A stretch of DNA of 25,480 nucleotides from NCBI GenBank assembly GCA_964236955.1, contig CAXSGP010000066.1, positions 1 through 25,480 of the forward strand. Direction: 5' to 3'. Below are positions 1 through 8,884 of this stretch, one piece after another. The position numbers and the translations under genes were made by a program. Below the pieces are notes generated by a model. It worked only from the letters and a program-made list of their open reading frames with translations, ran no database searches and was not told the origin of the DNA. Positions within the stretch are counted from its first letter, which is position 1. Every line of letters begins with the position of its first letter. Source of the stretch: an uncultured Oligoflexus sp. GTDB lineage: Bacteria > Bdellovibrionota_B > Oligoflexia > Oligoflexales > Oligoflexaceae.

Positions 1-7
1 CGTTACT

Positions 8-48
8 GGGGATGTTCGACGTTGGCGTAGCCAAACGTCAACAGCCCC
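8..48. repeat. Imperfect inverted repeat/hairpin (possible REP/MITE-like palindrome or terminator stem downstream of the VOC gene)
   Basis: GGGG-a-TGTT-c-GACGTT-GGC-gta-GCC-a-AACGTC-AACA-g-CCCC gives about 17 paired positions. Confidence 0.55.
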
Positions 49-81
49 TAATATAATATAATTTAATATAATTTAATTTAA
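49..81. repeat. Tandem pentamer repeat (TAATW)x6.6, pure A/T
   Basis: TAATA TAATA TAATT TAATA TAATT TAATT TAA read directly from the sequence. Confidence 0.8.
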
Positions 82-122
82 GTGAACCGTCTTAGCTCTG
101 AACGAGCTTTCCATCGTGCTGT

Positions 123-578
123 CTAAGCCTTATCATAAGCCGCCTTCAGCGCCTTGATATCGATCTTGACCATTCCCATCATCGCCTCCATCACGCGACT
201 GGCCTTCGCCGGGTTTTTATCCTGAAGCATCTGACCGAGGTGGCGCGGAATAATCTGCCACGACAAACCAAATTTATCCTTAAGCCATCCACAGCGCTGC
301 TCTTCACCGCCTGCCAGCAGTTTTTTCCAATAGTCATCGACTTCATCTTGCGTTTCACAGTTCACAAAGAGTGAGATGGCCGGTGAAAATTGGAAGTGCG
401 GGCCACCGTTCATCGCATGATATTCAATCCCTTCAAGCTGAAAGGTTCCCGACATCACCGCTCCACCTTCCGATCTTTGCACGGCAACGATTTTCGAGTT
501 CTTGAAAATTGAGACATAGAAATTCATAGCTTCTTCGGCCTGATTGTCGAACCACAAAAACGGGGTGATCTTTTGCAT
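123..578 (-). CDS. VOC/glyoxalase superfamily protein (PhnB / 3-demethylubiquinone-9 3-methyltransferase-like)
   Basis: Motifs MQKITPFLWFDNQAEEA, NGGPHFQFSPAISLFV, CGWLKDKFGLSWQI and MVKIDI. Start moved from 611 to ATG 578, which is preceded by AGGAGG. Confidence 0.93.
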   Translation of the reverse strand: MQKITPFLWFDNQAEEAMNFYVSIFKNSKIVAVQRSEGGAVMSGTFQLEGIEYHAMNGGPHFQFSPAISLFVNCETQDEVDDYWKKLLAGGEEQRCGWLKDKFGLSWQIIPRHLGQMLQDKNPAKASRVMEAMMGMVKIDIKALKAAYDKA

Positions 579-903
579 AGCCGGCCTCCTTGATAAAGGG
601 ATGGAGTTCAAACGAGGAAAATATTGAATTCTGCCGTCAAATCTATACTAGTTCCCTGCAAATGAGCAGTTCCCTTTCCGAACTGTGGGTAGGCCGGCTG
701 TGTTTGGACCGACGTGCAGCTCAGAACATTATACGCGATAAGGCTTTAGCTGAAAGCTCCAGCCCCGGGTTGGCGGCTATCGTCGTTTGCTTTGGGCAGG
801 GCGCCGTGATTTCACGTCATTTCGCCAGATTTCCTTCTTCTTTAATCTCAGGCAATCTAGCTCCAAGGCGTGTGGACCCTTCGAGCTTGCTTAGGAGTTG
901 ATC

Positions 904-1911
904 GTGCAAGTGAATCCTTTCATTCCCTCCGGGGCTAGCCAGACCTATCAGTTTGCCAAGACCCTTGCGGCTCATCGTATCGACCTCAAGCCGCGCCTTA
1001 TAGATACCTTGCAGGTCAATATCACCAAACTTTGCAATCAGGCCTGCACTCATTGTCATGTCGATTCCTCGCCACGGCGACGGGAGATGATGAGTGATGA
1101 GGTAATCGATCAGGTCTTGGCTGTTTTAGCGGCCAATCCTAGCCTTCGCACCCTCGATATTACGGGCGGTGCACCTGAGCTGCATCCGCGCTTTCAGCAG
1201 TTGGTGACAAAAGCCCGGCGGCTGGAAAAAAGGGTAATCGTTCGGCATAATCTCACGGTTGCCCAAGATCCTCATCCTTTGACTCAGGAGAGCATGGCCT
1301 ATGTGCTGGAGTTTTTCCGCGAGCAAAGGGTTGAGATTGTATCGTCACTCCCCTATTACCAGGAATTTTTCACCAATAAGCAACGAGGCGATGGAGTCTT
1401 TGTCAAAAGCATCGCCACTTTGCAAACGCTAAACCAGCTTGGTTATGGTAAGAATGAAGATCTGATTTTAAATCTGGTTTATAACCCTGTCGGCAGCTAT
1501 CTGCCGCCGCCTCAAGCCGACCTTGAGCGGCAGTACAAAACGGAACTTTTCAATCGTTATGGGATTGAGTTCAATCAGGTCTTTGCCATCACCAACATGC
1601 CTATTCATCGCTTTAAGGCGCAGCTCAGCCGCACGGCTTCCTATGAAGATTATATGGAAAAACTGGTGGCTGCCTTCAACCCTTCTGCCGCCGAAGGCAT
1701 CATGTGCCGCAATCTCCTCTCGGTGGCTTTTACCGGGCAAATCTATGACTGTGACTTTAATCAAATGCTTGATCTGCCGATGTTTGGCAGTGGACTTTAT
1801 CTCAAGGATTTCGACCTTGCTCGCCTCAGTGAGCGCGTTTTGAATGTCGCCGATCATTGTTATGCCTGCACGGCTGGAGCTGGATCTTCCTGTGGTGGAT
1901 CCACCGCTTAA
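904..1911 (+). CDS. arsS: Radical SAM / Cys-rich domain protein, arsenosugar biosynthesis ArsS family (Cys form)
   Basis: CNQACTHC radical SAM motif, DITGGAPE, LNLVYNP, NMPIHRF, CRNLLSV..YDCDFNQ and C-terminal HCYACTAGAGSSCGG. GTG 904 lies 6 nt after AGGAG (ORF track start is 898). Confidence 0.88.
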   Translation: MQVNPFIPSGASQTYQFAKTLAAHRIDLKPRLIDTLQVNITKLCNQACTHCHVDSSPRRREMMSDEVIDQVLAVLAANPSLRTLDITGGAPELHPRFQQLVTKARRLEKRVIVRHNLTVAQDPHPLTQESMAYVLEFFREQRVEIVSSLPYYQEFFTNKQRGDGVFVKSIATLQTLNQLGYGKNEDLILNLVYNPVGSYLPPPQADLERQYKTELFNRYGIEFNQVFAITNMPIHRFKAQLSRTASYEDYMEKLVAAFNPSAAEGIMCRNLLSVAFTGQIYDCDFNQMLDLPMFGSGLYLKDFDLARLSERVLNVADHCYACTAGAGSSCGGSTA

Positions 1912-1930
1912 AAAACGAATGGGACAGACT

Positions 1931-2266
1931 ATGCATTATTACGAATCAAAAGATTTGGGCAAATTCTCGGAACTTGGAAAATTCCGTCCTGAGCTGATGG
2001 AAAAGTTTTTCGCCTATTATAATGCTGTCGTCAGCGAAGACGGGGCTTTGACCAGACGCGAAAAGGCTTTGATAGCGCTTGCCGTTTCCCATGTGAAGCA
2101 ATGTCCCTACTGCATCGATGCCTATACCACGGCCTGCCTCGAGGCCGGTTCTAACCCTGATGAGATGACGGAAGCCGTCCATGTGGGTGCGGCGATGGAG
2201 GCGGGTATCAATTTGGTTCATGGGGTGCAGATGCATAATGCGCTTCGCCAAAAAGGTGCTTTGTAA
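1931..2266 (+). CDS. CMD/AhpD-family peroxidase-like protein associated with ArsS-type radical SAM enzymes
   Basis: KFFAYY, GALTRREKALIALAV, CPYC motif, EAVHV and LVHGVQM. Lies immediately downstream of arsS. Start is ATG 1931 or 1919. Confidence 0.87.
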   Translation: MHYYESKDLGKFSELGKFRPELMEKFFAYYNAVVSEDGALTRREKALIALAVSHVKQCPYCIDAYTTACLEAGSNPDEMTEAVHVGAAMEAGINLVHGVQMHNALRQKGAL

Positions 2267-2363
2267 GTTATTTTATTTATTGTTATTAATCGCGATTTTA
2301 CGGTTTATTCCAATTTCTTCCGACTTCTCTCTCTAGGCAGAACGCCTGGAGGGGCTGTAGGAC

Positions 2364-3164
2364 ATGGCCGAAAAAATTGGTTTCATCAGTTTCACCGCGT
2401 TTGAATTACACAATGCGAATGAATTCGACGGTATTAAGCAACGACTTTACAATCTGGAGCGGCCGACCCGCCCTTACCTTTCCCTCCATCCTGCACTCCC
2501 GCCGTGGAGGCAGCTTGCCCTCCTTGGCAACGAGCCCATTCTCAGGCGCACGCCTACGGAGCTAGAGCCTTTGATGAATGAGTATCATGCCTATTTTCAC
2601 GACAAGACCATCCAGCATGAACATTACATGCGCTGGTGGCGACGGCATCACGCGTGGAATAGGGACGAGGAGATTTTTTTCCTGCGCTTTGACGATCTGC
2701 GCAATCACCTTTGTGAAGTCTACAATCGGGAGACGTATGCCCGGCAGGGCCGCATGCAGGCCATTTTTCGAAAAGCTGCCGAACGCTCATGGCATACGGG
2801 TGAGGTAAATCTTGCACTCGGGGATCGCCAACATTCTGAGAGTGATCGACTCAGCAATCACAGACTCAGAGTGGGCCACCAGTATCGGGAGCTAATCTTT
2901 CGAGAACCCGACCTAGACCCCAATCGCCATCGGCTTGCCAAACCTGTTTACGGAGACGCCCAAAACCCAGTGTCCCATCCCCCACGAGAGATTTTACATA
3001 GCCCCTTGGCAAAACCGCCGAGGTGGGCGAAGCTTCTGGCGGTAGCGGAATACCAACAGCAGGCCCAGATCCCACTTCCCGCTGTCCCCATAGAAACCAG
3101 GTCTCCAAACATAAAACCTCCGGCTATGCAGCCGGCGCCGAGCCTGAAGGGGGGTAAAATATAG
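2364..3164 (+). CDS. Hypothetical protein, 266 aa, His/Arg/Trp-rich core with Pro-rich C-terminus
   Basis: Long ORF filling the gap between two genes, with GGAGG/AGGA upstream of the ATG. No recognised motif. Confidence 0.7.
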   Translation: MAEKIGFISFTAFELHNANEFDGIKQRLYNLERPTRPYLSLHPALPPWRQLALLGNEPILRRTPTELEPLMNEYHAYFHDKTIQHEHYMRWWRRHHAWNRDEEIFFLRFDDLRNHLCEVYNRETYARQGRMQAIFRKAAERSWHTGEVNLALGDRQHSESDRLSNHRLRVGHQYRELIFREPDLDPNRHRLAKPVYGDAQNPVSHPPREILHSPLAKPPRWAKLLAVAEYQQQAQIPLPAVPIETRSPNIKPPAMQPAPSLKGGKI

Positions 3165-3178
3165 GCTTGCCGATTGCT

Positions 3179-3197
3179 GGCCCTGCTGAAGGGCCAC
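3179..3197. terminator. GC-rich hairpin between convergent genes
   Basis: GGCCCT-gctga-AGGGCC, with no U-tract. Confidence 0.3.
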
Positions 3198-3289
3198 TGA
3201 CCGTGCCGGCGGCCTGGGCCCCGGGACCTTTACGGGCCGCGAATTGAACACCGTCAGCTCAGAAGCACACAACTCCCCTCGCCTCCCAT

Positions 3290-4522
3290 TCAAGCGCCTA
3301 TTTTGGGTTTATTCACAGGAACTTTGGCAATCTCTGACTTCCTCGTTTCCGCTATTTTTTGAGCTATTGAGTCACCTTTTTCCACCATGTAAATATTGCC
3401 TCGAGTCTTTTCCTTATCACGGGCCTCTCTCAGTGCTTTTAAACTTAGTTTTACGTTTGCTACAAAGGGTTCAAAAATCATGGGATCAAAATCAACGGCC
3501 GCCGATTTTTCCATCAGTTCTAGAGCTTTTTCTGCGGGTAATGCCGGTTTGTAGACGCGCTTCATGAGCAGCGCGGAATAGGCATCGGCGATCGAAACGA
3601 TGCGGGAATAGGCATGAATGCCGTGTTCCTGGTCTTCTTCCAGACGGCCTTTTTTACCGTAGGGATAACCCTTCCCCGTAAAACGCTCATGATGCTCGAT
3701 TGCCACCTGAGCCACGAGTGGATCGATGGGGGCACCGGCGTGAATCGCGGTACTGAGTTCTCGGAATCCGTGATGCACATGACCCTTCATGACCTCAAAT
3801 TCGTCGGCGGTGAAAGCTCCCGGCTTATTGAGAATGGCGTTTGGTACACAACCTTTTCCGGCATCATGATAAAGCCCACTCTGCGCGAGTATCTCGGCGT
3901 CCCGCAGCGGCATCTTTTCACCGAACATTCGTCTCGCCATGACTGTCGAGAACATGGCAACCGAAGCGCTATGATCATAAAGGGTAGGATCGATGCTAAT
4001 CATACGGCTCAAAGTGCCCATGGCAATGTCGCTATCCAAAAGGTTTTGGACCATGAAGGCAGCGGCAGCCTTGACTCGTTCGGCTACCTGCCTGTCGATG
4101 CCACCGCGCAAAACCATCTGACTTGCAGCACTCATGTCAGAAAAGATTTCGAGAGTTTTTCTATCCAAGCTTGGCTCCCGTTCAAGCAGATAGGCGATTT
4201 TTTTCTTACGCACGTAATCAAGCGTATGCTCAAATTTTGGATAATCCTTACGGGCCACGTATACATCGACCCCAGCATCCTCCTTAAGTGAGGCAAGCCA
4301 GACGTGCTGAAGAAGCTCAAGGCTAAGCTCGGAGGCTTTGATATATTCGAGTAATTCAGTTTCCACTTTTAAATAAATATTGAAATCTATCGTCTTTACT
4401 TCCCAGAGATAGGCAAAAAGATCGAGGCTTATCGGTCGATATGCGGCCAGCGTGTTGGCCTCGATTTTGATGATTCTACAGCGGTTTCGGGTCGATTCTT
4501 TGATAATAAACTTACGCGACAT
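3290..4522 (-). CDS. HD-GYP domain cyclic dinucleotide phosphodiesterase
   Basis: YDHS, HDAGK, ILNKPG, MKGH, HHERFTGKGYPYG, IVSIAD, RVYK and FDP motifs. GAGG RBS. Confidence 0.92.
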   Translation of the reverse strand: MSRKFIIKESTRNRCRIIKIEANTLAAYRPISLDLFAYLWEVKTIDFNIYLKVETELLEYIKASELSLELLQHVWLASLKEDAGVDVYVARKDYPKFEHTLDYVRKKKIAYLLEREPSLDRKTLEIFSDMSAASQMVLRGGIDRQVAERVKAAAAFMVQNLLDSDIAMGTLSRMISIDPTLYDHSASVAMFSTVMARRMFGEKMPLRDAEILAQSGLYHDAGKGCVPNAILNKPGAFTADEFEVMKGHVHHGFRELSTAIHAGAPIDPLVAQVAIEHHERFTGKGYPYGKKGRLEEDQEHGIHAYSRIVSIADAYSALLMKRVYKPALPAEKALELMEKSAAVDFDPMIFEPFVANVKLSLKALREARDKEKTRGNIYMVEKGDSIAQKIAETRKSEIAKVPVNKPKIGA

Positions 4523-4748
4523 GGCCTTACCTCGGGAGCATCTCTAGCTTAACTTTGCGACAGCCCGACCAAGGGTCCGCTCGCCTCTCGGTCTATCGGC
4601 TATGCCTAAAAGTACTTTAAGCTAAATCCCTTTACTTTAAATTTTCTTGAAGATTTCCTAGCAATGTCATTAATATGAACTCCAATGCACGCCAAACGCC
4701 GCAATAAAGCTTTTCGCGCATTTTCGCTACTGAACCAGGAGTCTGTGG

Positions 4749-5135
4749 GTGTCTAACTTGGCAAAAATTTTAGTTGTCGACGATGAATGGGAGTTTCTAT
4801 GCTCGATCCAATCCGTTCTGACAGATGCGGGTTATGACGTTATTACTGCCGAAAATGGGACCCAGGCTCTGCATCTGGTCCAAGCGGAGGAGCCGGATCT
4901 GGTATTGACCGATATCGTGATGCCGGATGTGTCGGGCCTGCAATTAGCCCGGACTATCCGTCAGTCGAGCCGCAAATTTATTCCTATCATTTCGATTACA
5001 GGCTACCCTTTCCGCGACGACCTTACGGTGTCCGGGGCTCGTTTGGTCGATCTTTATCTCACCAAACCCCTGCAGGTTGCTGACCTTCTTACCGCACTCA
5101 ATATTTGTCTCAATGGTCGTTTCGCAGAACCCTGA
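4749..5135 (+). CDS. Single-domain response regulator (CheY-like receiver)
   Basis: ILVVDDE, DLVLTDIVMP (phosphoacceptor Asp), SITG and LTKP. AGGAG lies 7 nt before the GTG. Confidence 0.92.
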   Translation: MSNLAKILVVDDEWEFLCSIQSVLTDAGYDVITAENGTQALHLVQAEEPDLVLTDIVMPDVSGLQLARTIRQSSRKFIPIISITGYPFRDDLTVSGARLVDLYLTKPLQVADLLTALNICLNGRFAEP

Positions 5136-5294
5136 CTTGATTGCCAGGTCCCAGGTCCTGAGGAGCCCTCGACTCAACGCTGGATTATAAAGATTTTGAC
5201 AGTTGAGTTAATCATTTTCTCATCATTTTTACGTCAAAAAGTCTTTACAGAAGCCGTTCTCTTTCTCGAACACTCAGATCAAGGAGAAGCCGCT

Positions 5295-5714
5295 ATGGAT
5301 CGCACGACTTTTCAAGAAGTGATAGAAAAGGTCCCCCTTCTGGCCGCTGAAGGCCTGATGAAGCAAGGGGACCCTGAGATCGCAGCCAAAAGGCAAGAAT
5401 TTCTCACCGATTCGGTTTATCTCCGTGAAACGGCCGATGCTGTCACTTTTCTGTCCCATATCGGAAAGTCCGATCGTTTTTCGCAATGGCAGCGTGAGAA
5501 TTGTAGCCCGGAGAGCCTAAAGGCCTTAATCGAGTGGCACATCGGCCATCCCATTGCCTTCGGTTCTATTATTGCTGCTGCGCTGCAGCTTGGCTTCACT
5601 ATGGGTGTTCAGGACAACAATAAAGTCTATTTTAACCTCTTAGCCCGGCAGATCGAAACGGAACTGGCTCAATTGCGAACGCAGCAGCAGATTTGTAAGG
5701 TCGTTGGAACTTGA
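5295..5714 (+). CDS. Hypothetical protein, 139 aa
   Basis: AAGGAG RBS before ATG 5295 (ORF track start is 5196). Composition is protein-like. Confidence 0.75.
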   Translation: MDRTTFQEVIEKVPLLAAEGLMKQGDPEIAAKRQEFLTDSVYLRETADAVTFLSHIGKSDRFSQWQRENCSPESLKALIEWHIGHPIAFGSIIAAALQLGFTMGVQDNNKVYFNLLARQIETELAQLRTQQQICKVVGT

Positions 5715-5846
5715 GAATTATGGGCCTGGGCACACTTCGTCCCATTTTCTAAGCCTTCAATCCCGCAGGTTTTTACCTACGGGATTTTGTATTATTTGCT
5801 GCCCCGGCGCTCAGGCAACAAAAGCCTGAAAAGTGAAGGATTCCCT

Positions 5847-6935
5847 ATGCATAAGCACGAAATCATAGATGCCTACGCTGTTTTGCGCGGTGATCTTGGC
5901 GGTTCAGCTGAATCGATTCAATTGCGTCTGACCACTGCGCTTCATCTTTCGGGCGTGAAAGTTCACACTGTCAATCATAGGGTCAAGTCTGAAACAAGTG
6001 TACGCAGCAAAATCTCGCGACCCGATAGGATTTATGAAAACATCTGTCAGCTTACCGATCTGATCGGGCTGCGAATTGTCACTTATTTTGAAGATGGCGT
6101 CGAGGAAGTCGCGAGAATCGTCGAAGGCCTTTTCTCCATTGACTACGACCGGTCGATCGATAAAAGGGTACAAATCGATCCAAGCAGCTTTGGCTATCGG
6201 TCCCTGCACTACGTGTGCAAACCGATCCCGGAGACTTTAAATCTGCCCTTTGAAATTCAAATTCGCACGGTATTGCAGCATGCCTGGGCGGAGATTGAAC
6301 ATGACCTTGGCTACAAATTTCCCGAAGCCGTTCCCAATGCGATCAAACGGCGTTTTTCGAGGGTTGCCGGGCTTTTGGAAATTGCCGATGCCGAATTCAT
6401 GGAACTTCGCGGGACGATGGAATCCTACGAAAAAAGAGTGAAAGACTTTCACCCTTCCGATTCCGACGCGCTCGATGCGGTCCTGCTTAAATCCCTGGTG
6501 GCATCACCGCTGATCGTGGCCGCCGATCAGGGCCTGGTCGATACTTTGAGGAAACCTCTGGCGACATTGATCTTTTTCCCTGATTACCTGATTCGCCTGC
6601 TCAATCTTTCGCGACTGGAGAGCTCGGCAGAAATTCTCGGCCAGCTCACCCGGCGCATGGAAGCGATGCCTGCCTTCATGGAGCGCTACTTTCAGTTTAC
6701 TGCCGAAACCTGGGGCTTTGATGGCAGTGATTTTGAGAGCCTGCAACGCGGGTATAGCCTTTTTCTCCTGGCTCATTGGCGAGCCCTGGAATTGGCCCGC
6801 GACGATGCGCGGCCGATCGAAAGGCTGCAGACTTTCTACGCGAAACTCGATTACCCTCAGAATCCGCAGGAAGCCAAGCGCGTGGCTGAACTTTTTCTTC
6901 AATATTTTGCCGATTGGAATGTTTCACTGCGATAG
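5847..6935 (+). CDS. RelA/SpoT-domain small alarmone synthetase (GTP pyrophosphokinase family) with C-terminal extension
   Basis: HRVKS..SV.SKI, LTDLIGLRIV, FGYRSLHY and FEIQIRTVLQHAWAEIEHDLGYK. No HD hydrolase, TGS or ACT domain recognised. AAGGA before ATG 5847. Confidence 0.9.
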   Translation: MHKHEIIDAYAVLRGDLGGSAESIQLRLTTALHLSGVKVHTVNHRVKSETSVRSKISRPDRIYENICQLTDLIGLRIVTYFEDGVEEVARIVEGLFSIDYDRSIDKRVQIDPSSFGYRSLHYVCKPIPETLNLPFEIQIRTVLQHAWAEIEHDLGYKFPEAVPNAIKRRFSRVAGLLEIADAEFMELRGTMESYEKRVKDFHPSDSDALDAVLLKSLVASPLIVAADQGLVDTLRKPLATLIFFPDYLIRLLNLSRLESSAEILGQLTRRMEAMPAFMERYFQFTAETWGFDGSDFESLQRGYSLFLLAHWRALELARDDARPIERLQTFYAKLDYPQNPQEAKRVAELFLQYFADWNVSLR

Positions 6936-7076
6936 GCTTCAGCTTGGGAAAGGAAAATCGACGGAATTCATCTTGTTCTTCGTCCTTGGGTAAGACAGAC
7001 TTAATGAGCGGCAAAGAGCGAGCTGGCTAAAGAAAGCGATTCCAGGCAATGGCTGCAACTTTTGCAAGGATGCATG

Positions 7077-7877
7077 ATGGCTATTTTAAAAAGAGATTCC
7101 GGCTCTATCTTTTATTCCGTGCAGGGCGAGGGGCCAGCTCTCCTTATGCTCCGCGGGCTCGGCCGTTCCAGTCGATATTGGTTGGGTTTTGATAAGGTGA
7201 TGGCCTATCATTTTAAAGTAGTCACCATCGATCAACGCGGCGTCGGCCGGAGTGATCAAGCGATGGCATGGACCGATGATTGGGAAACCCTGGCACGCGA
7301 CACGTTAGCCGTCATGGACCAGCTCGATCTAACGAATTTCCATATCTTTGGCCTTTCCCTGGGAGGAATGATAGGCGCCCGCCTCGCTGCCCTCGTTCCC
7401 GACCGTATCCTGTCGCTGGCCATAGCCGCCAGTTCCTCGGCCGATTATCGATCGCTGCGCCTGCATCCTTTGGCTTTGCCCAAACTGCTCCTGGCATTAA
7501 AGGCCGGACGTTTTCAGGACAAGCTCCTTGAGTTGGTAGTGCCGAAGATGGTGCTTCACGAGCATGGCGACGAGATTCAAGCCGCATGGCAGGAGATCAT
7601 CGCCGAGGAAGGTTTCCCCCTCCTCACAACCCTAAAGCAACTGCGCCTTAGTATCAGCCACAGGATCAATAAAACTCTTGATCTTGGCAATTATCCGGTA
7701 ATTTTTATTCATGGCAGCCGGGATGCCTTCGTACCCATTCAAAATTCCCGCCACCTGCATCGCCTGGTGGAACGCTCGCAGCTTAAAATCATCCAAGGTG
7801 CTGGTCATGAGATATCTCTCGGATTTGAAAGGGAACTGGCTCAGGTTCTGTTGGATTTTACGGAAGGCTATCTTTGA
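7077..7877 (+). CDS. Alpha/beta fold hydrolase
   Basis: DQRGVGRS, nucleophile elbow GLSLGG, HGSRD (Asp) and GAGHE (His). AAGGA precedes ATG 7074/7077. Confidence 0.9.
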   Translation: MAILKRDSGSIFYSVQGEGPALLMLRGLGRSSRYWLGFDKVMAYHFKVVTIDQRGVGRSDQAMAWTDDWETLARDTLAVMDQLDLTNFHIFGLSLGGMIGARLAALVPDRILSLAIAASSSADYRSLRLHPLALPKLLLALKAGRFQDKLLELVVPKMVLHEHGDEIQAAWQEIIAEEGFPLLTTLKQLRLSISHRINKTLDLGNYPVIFIHGSRDAFVPIQNSRHLHRLVERSQLKIIQGAGHEISLGFERELAQVLLDFTEGYL

Positions 7878-7991
7878 AAAACTTTTGCCAATGGCGCTAA
7901 AGCCCTTAAAATAACGGATTCAAAGGCGGCTGCCTATTGATTGCCGAGTCGGTTAGCAGAAAAACAGCTGCGACCAGCCTCTATTAAGCCT

Positions 7992-8570
7992 TCATCTGGA
8001 AGGCAATGATGCTGCCGGCTGCGGTAAAATTTTGAAAATTATGTCCTCAAGCCGGGTAAAGCTGTCGTTTGTCAGAGGCTGTCCGCTACACTGGGAAGCC
8101 CATGATTTTAGAGGATAAAGAGACTGATCGCCAAGGTGGTCTGAGCGCTGAAGCGTAAGACTGCTCTCATCGCCATCGGCCATGACGTAGCACTCCTCCT
8201 CACCAGGTAAAAGGACCTGATAAGTTAACTGCTCAACCGCATTGGCAATCGCCAATAATTGCTTGGAATCGATTGCCTTTCGTCCACCGGCCTTTTTCAT
8301 CACCCGATCATTGCTAGCCCAGCTGGCCTGAATTAAGCCTTTTTGAAAATCGACGGAATAATTGAAATAGCCTCTCCAATAGTTCCCTCCTCTGAGTTTT
8401 AAGATTTCAACATTTTGCATAGAAAATTCGGGATTGATAGGGTTTTCCTCTTGCAGCCCAAGCGCGCCCGGGGGCCGGGCGCCGGCCACGGCAAGCGGAG
8501 CGAGGAAAGAAAATGCTCCGGCCAGGGTGATGGCCGTGAGAAGGGAAACGAAGCAGCCTATGGATTTCAT
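7992..8570 (-). CDS. Exported hypothetical protein (signal peptide)
   Basis: MKSIG followed by a hydrophobic stretch ending ..LAVA. AAGAAGG lies upstream of ATG 8570 (ORF track start is 8606). Confidence 0.72.
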   Translation of the reverse strand: MKSIGCFVSLLTAITLAGAFSFLAPLAVAGARPPGALGLQEENPINPEFSMQNVEILKLRGGNYWRGYFNYSVDFQKGLIQASWASNDRVMKKAGGRKAIDSKQLLAIANAVEQLTYQVLLPGEEECYVMADGDESSLTLQRSDHLGDQSLYPLKSWASQCSGQPLTNDSFTRLEDIIFKILPQPAASLPSR

Positions 8571-8884
8571 GATAGGAAAACCTTCTTTTGCTATACCTGT
8601 AAACAAAGCGAGCCGGAAAAAGGACCGGATCTGCAGAGACTCATTAGCACCGTCCTATCACTGGGTGCTTTAACGAGTCCAGGTCATTCCCTAAACCAAA
8701 CGCTGGAACCGCAAGCGGTGACGCATGTAAGAGCTAGTTTTTGGCAAAGTTCCACCTCTATTATCAAGCCAGGGGTTCCGACTGACCGAAGTATTCCAAG
8801 AAGTCTGTCGGTTCTTGGCTTCAGTTTTCGAGACGTCTTACCGAATGGATAAGGAGTTGATCTTGACAGTGAGGATATACAAGC

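Noticed and set aside
605..616. 12-mer AGTTCAAACGAG also present inverted at 10177-10188
   Set aside because: A single 12-mer match is expected by chance at this window size, and the orientations relative to the adjacent minus-strand genes differ.
590..901. 103-aa ORF in the VOC-arsS intergenic region
   Set aside because: TTG start with no RBS and no motifs; the region is better explained as divergent promoters.
1880..1911. Selenocysteine recoding in ArsS
   Set aside because: The motif codon is TGT (Cys) and the gene ends at TAA; there is no in-frame TGA.
3614..4291. 225-aa plus-strand ORF
   Set aside because: Antisense shadow of the HD-GYP gene.
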